This document shows positions 63,953-64,000 of a DNA stretch of 64,000 nt, piece after piece (positions within the stretch are counted from its first letter, which is position 1; every line of letters starts with the position of its first letter). The translations under genes and the position numbers were made by a program. The notes below the pieces were generated by a model. It did no database searches. It was given only the letters and a program-made list of their open reading frames with translations, and was not told the DNA's origin. The stretch is from assembly GCA_020137815.1 (NCBI GenBank), contig CM035350.1, positions 7,936,001 through 8,000,000 on the forward strand, given 5' to 3'. The DNA comes from Hormiphora californensis. Lineage: Eukaryota; Animalia; Ctenophora.

Positions 63953-64000
63953 GCGCGTCAATAACATGACACGACATGCAACACGACATGCGAGATGCGA

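Overview
This window is eukaryotic, not prokaryotic. It is a gene-dense animal genome with short GT-AG introns and many microsatellites. A marine invertebrate, possibly a ctenophore, is my inference from its compactness and divergent housekeeping genes, and is not proven. Main discovery candidate (3.1-18.8 kb): three paralogous genes encode secreted stonustoxin/neoverrucotoxin-like MACPF/CDC pore-forming proteins with an architecture I do not recognise from fish toxins. Each reads signal peptide + chitin-binding (CBM14-like) domain + SNTX-type MACPF/FAT/THX core + 3 FN3 + coiled coil + 3 PAN/apple domains. A divergent bHLH transcription factor gene sits inside this cluster. At 37.2-39.2 kb is a second effector-like cluster of three secreted 16-Cys peptides resembling the Tha p 2 allergen family, and two of them share a 23-bp upstream E-box motif. 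A Shisa/WBP1-like PPxY membrane protein gene missed by the ORF track (25.9-36.5 kb) has an intron filled by a minisatellite made of its own splice acceptor, plus a Helitron, a tRNA-SINE head and an RNase H-bearing LINE fragment. Housekeeping genes are PP2D1-like, TTLL2, URB1, SERF, VPS4, 14-3-3 and TFIIB. The last five lie in a tightly packed minus-strand run. Several MITE and foldback elements are present. 51.9-55.3 kb is an error-ridden duplicate of neighbouring sequence, probably an unpolished long read, and recurrent +1 homopolymer frameshifts elsewhere are probably assembly errors too. Exon coordinates were read by eye.
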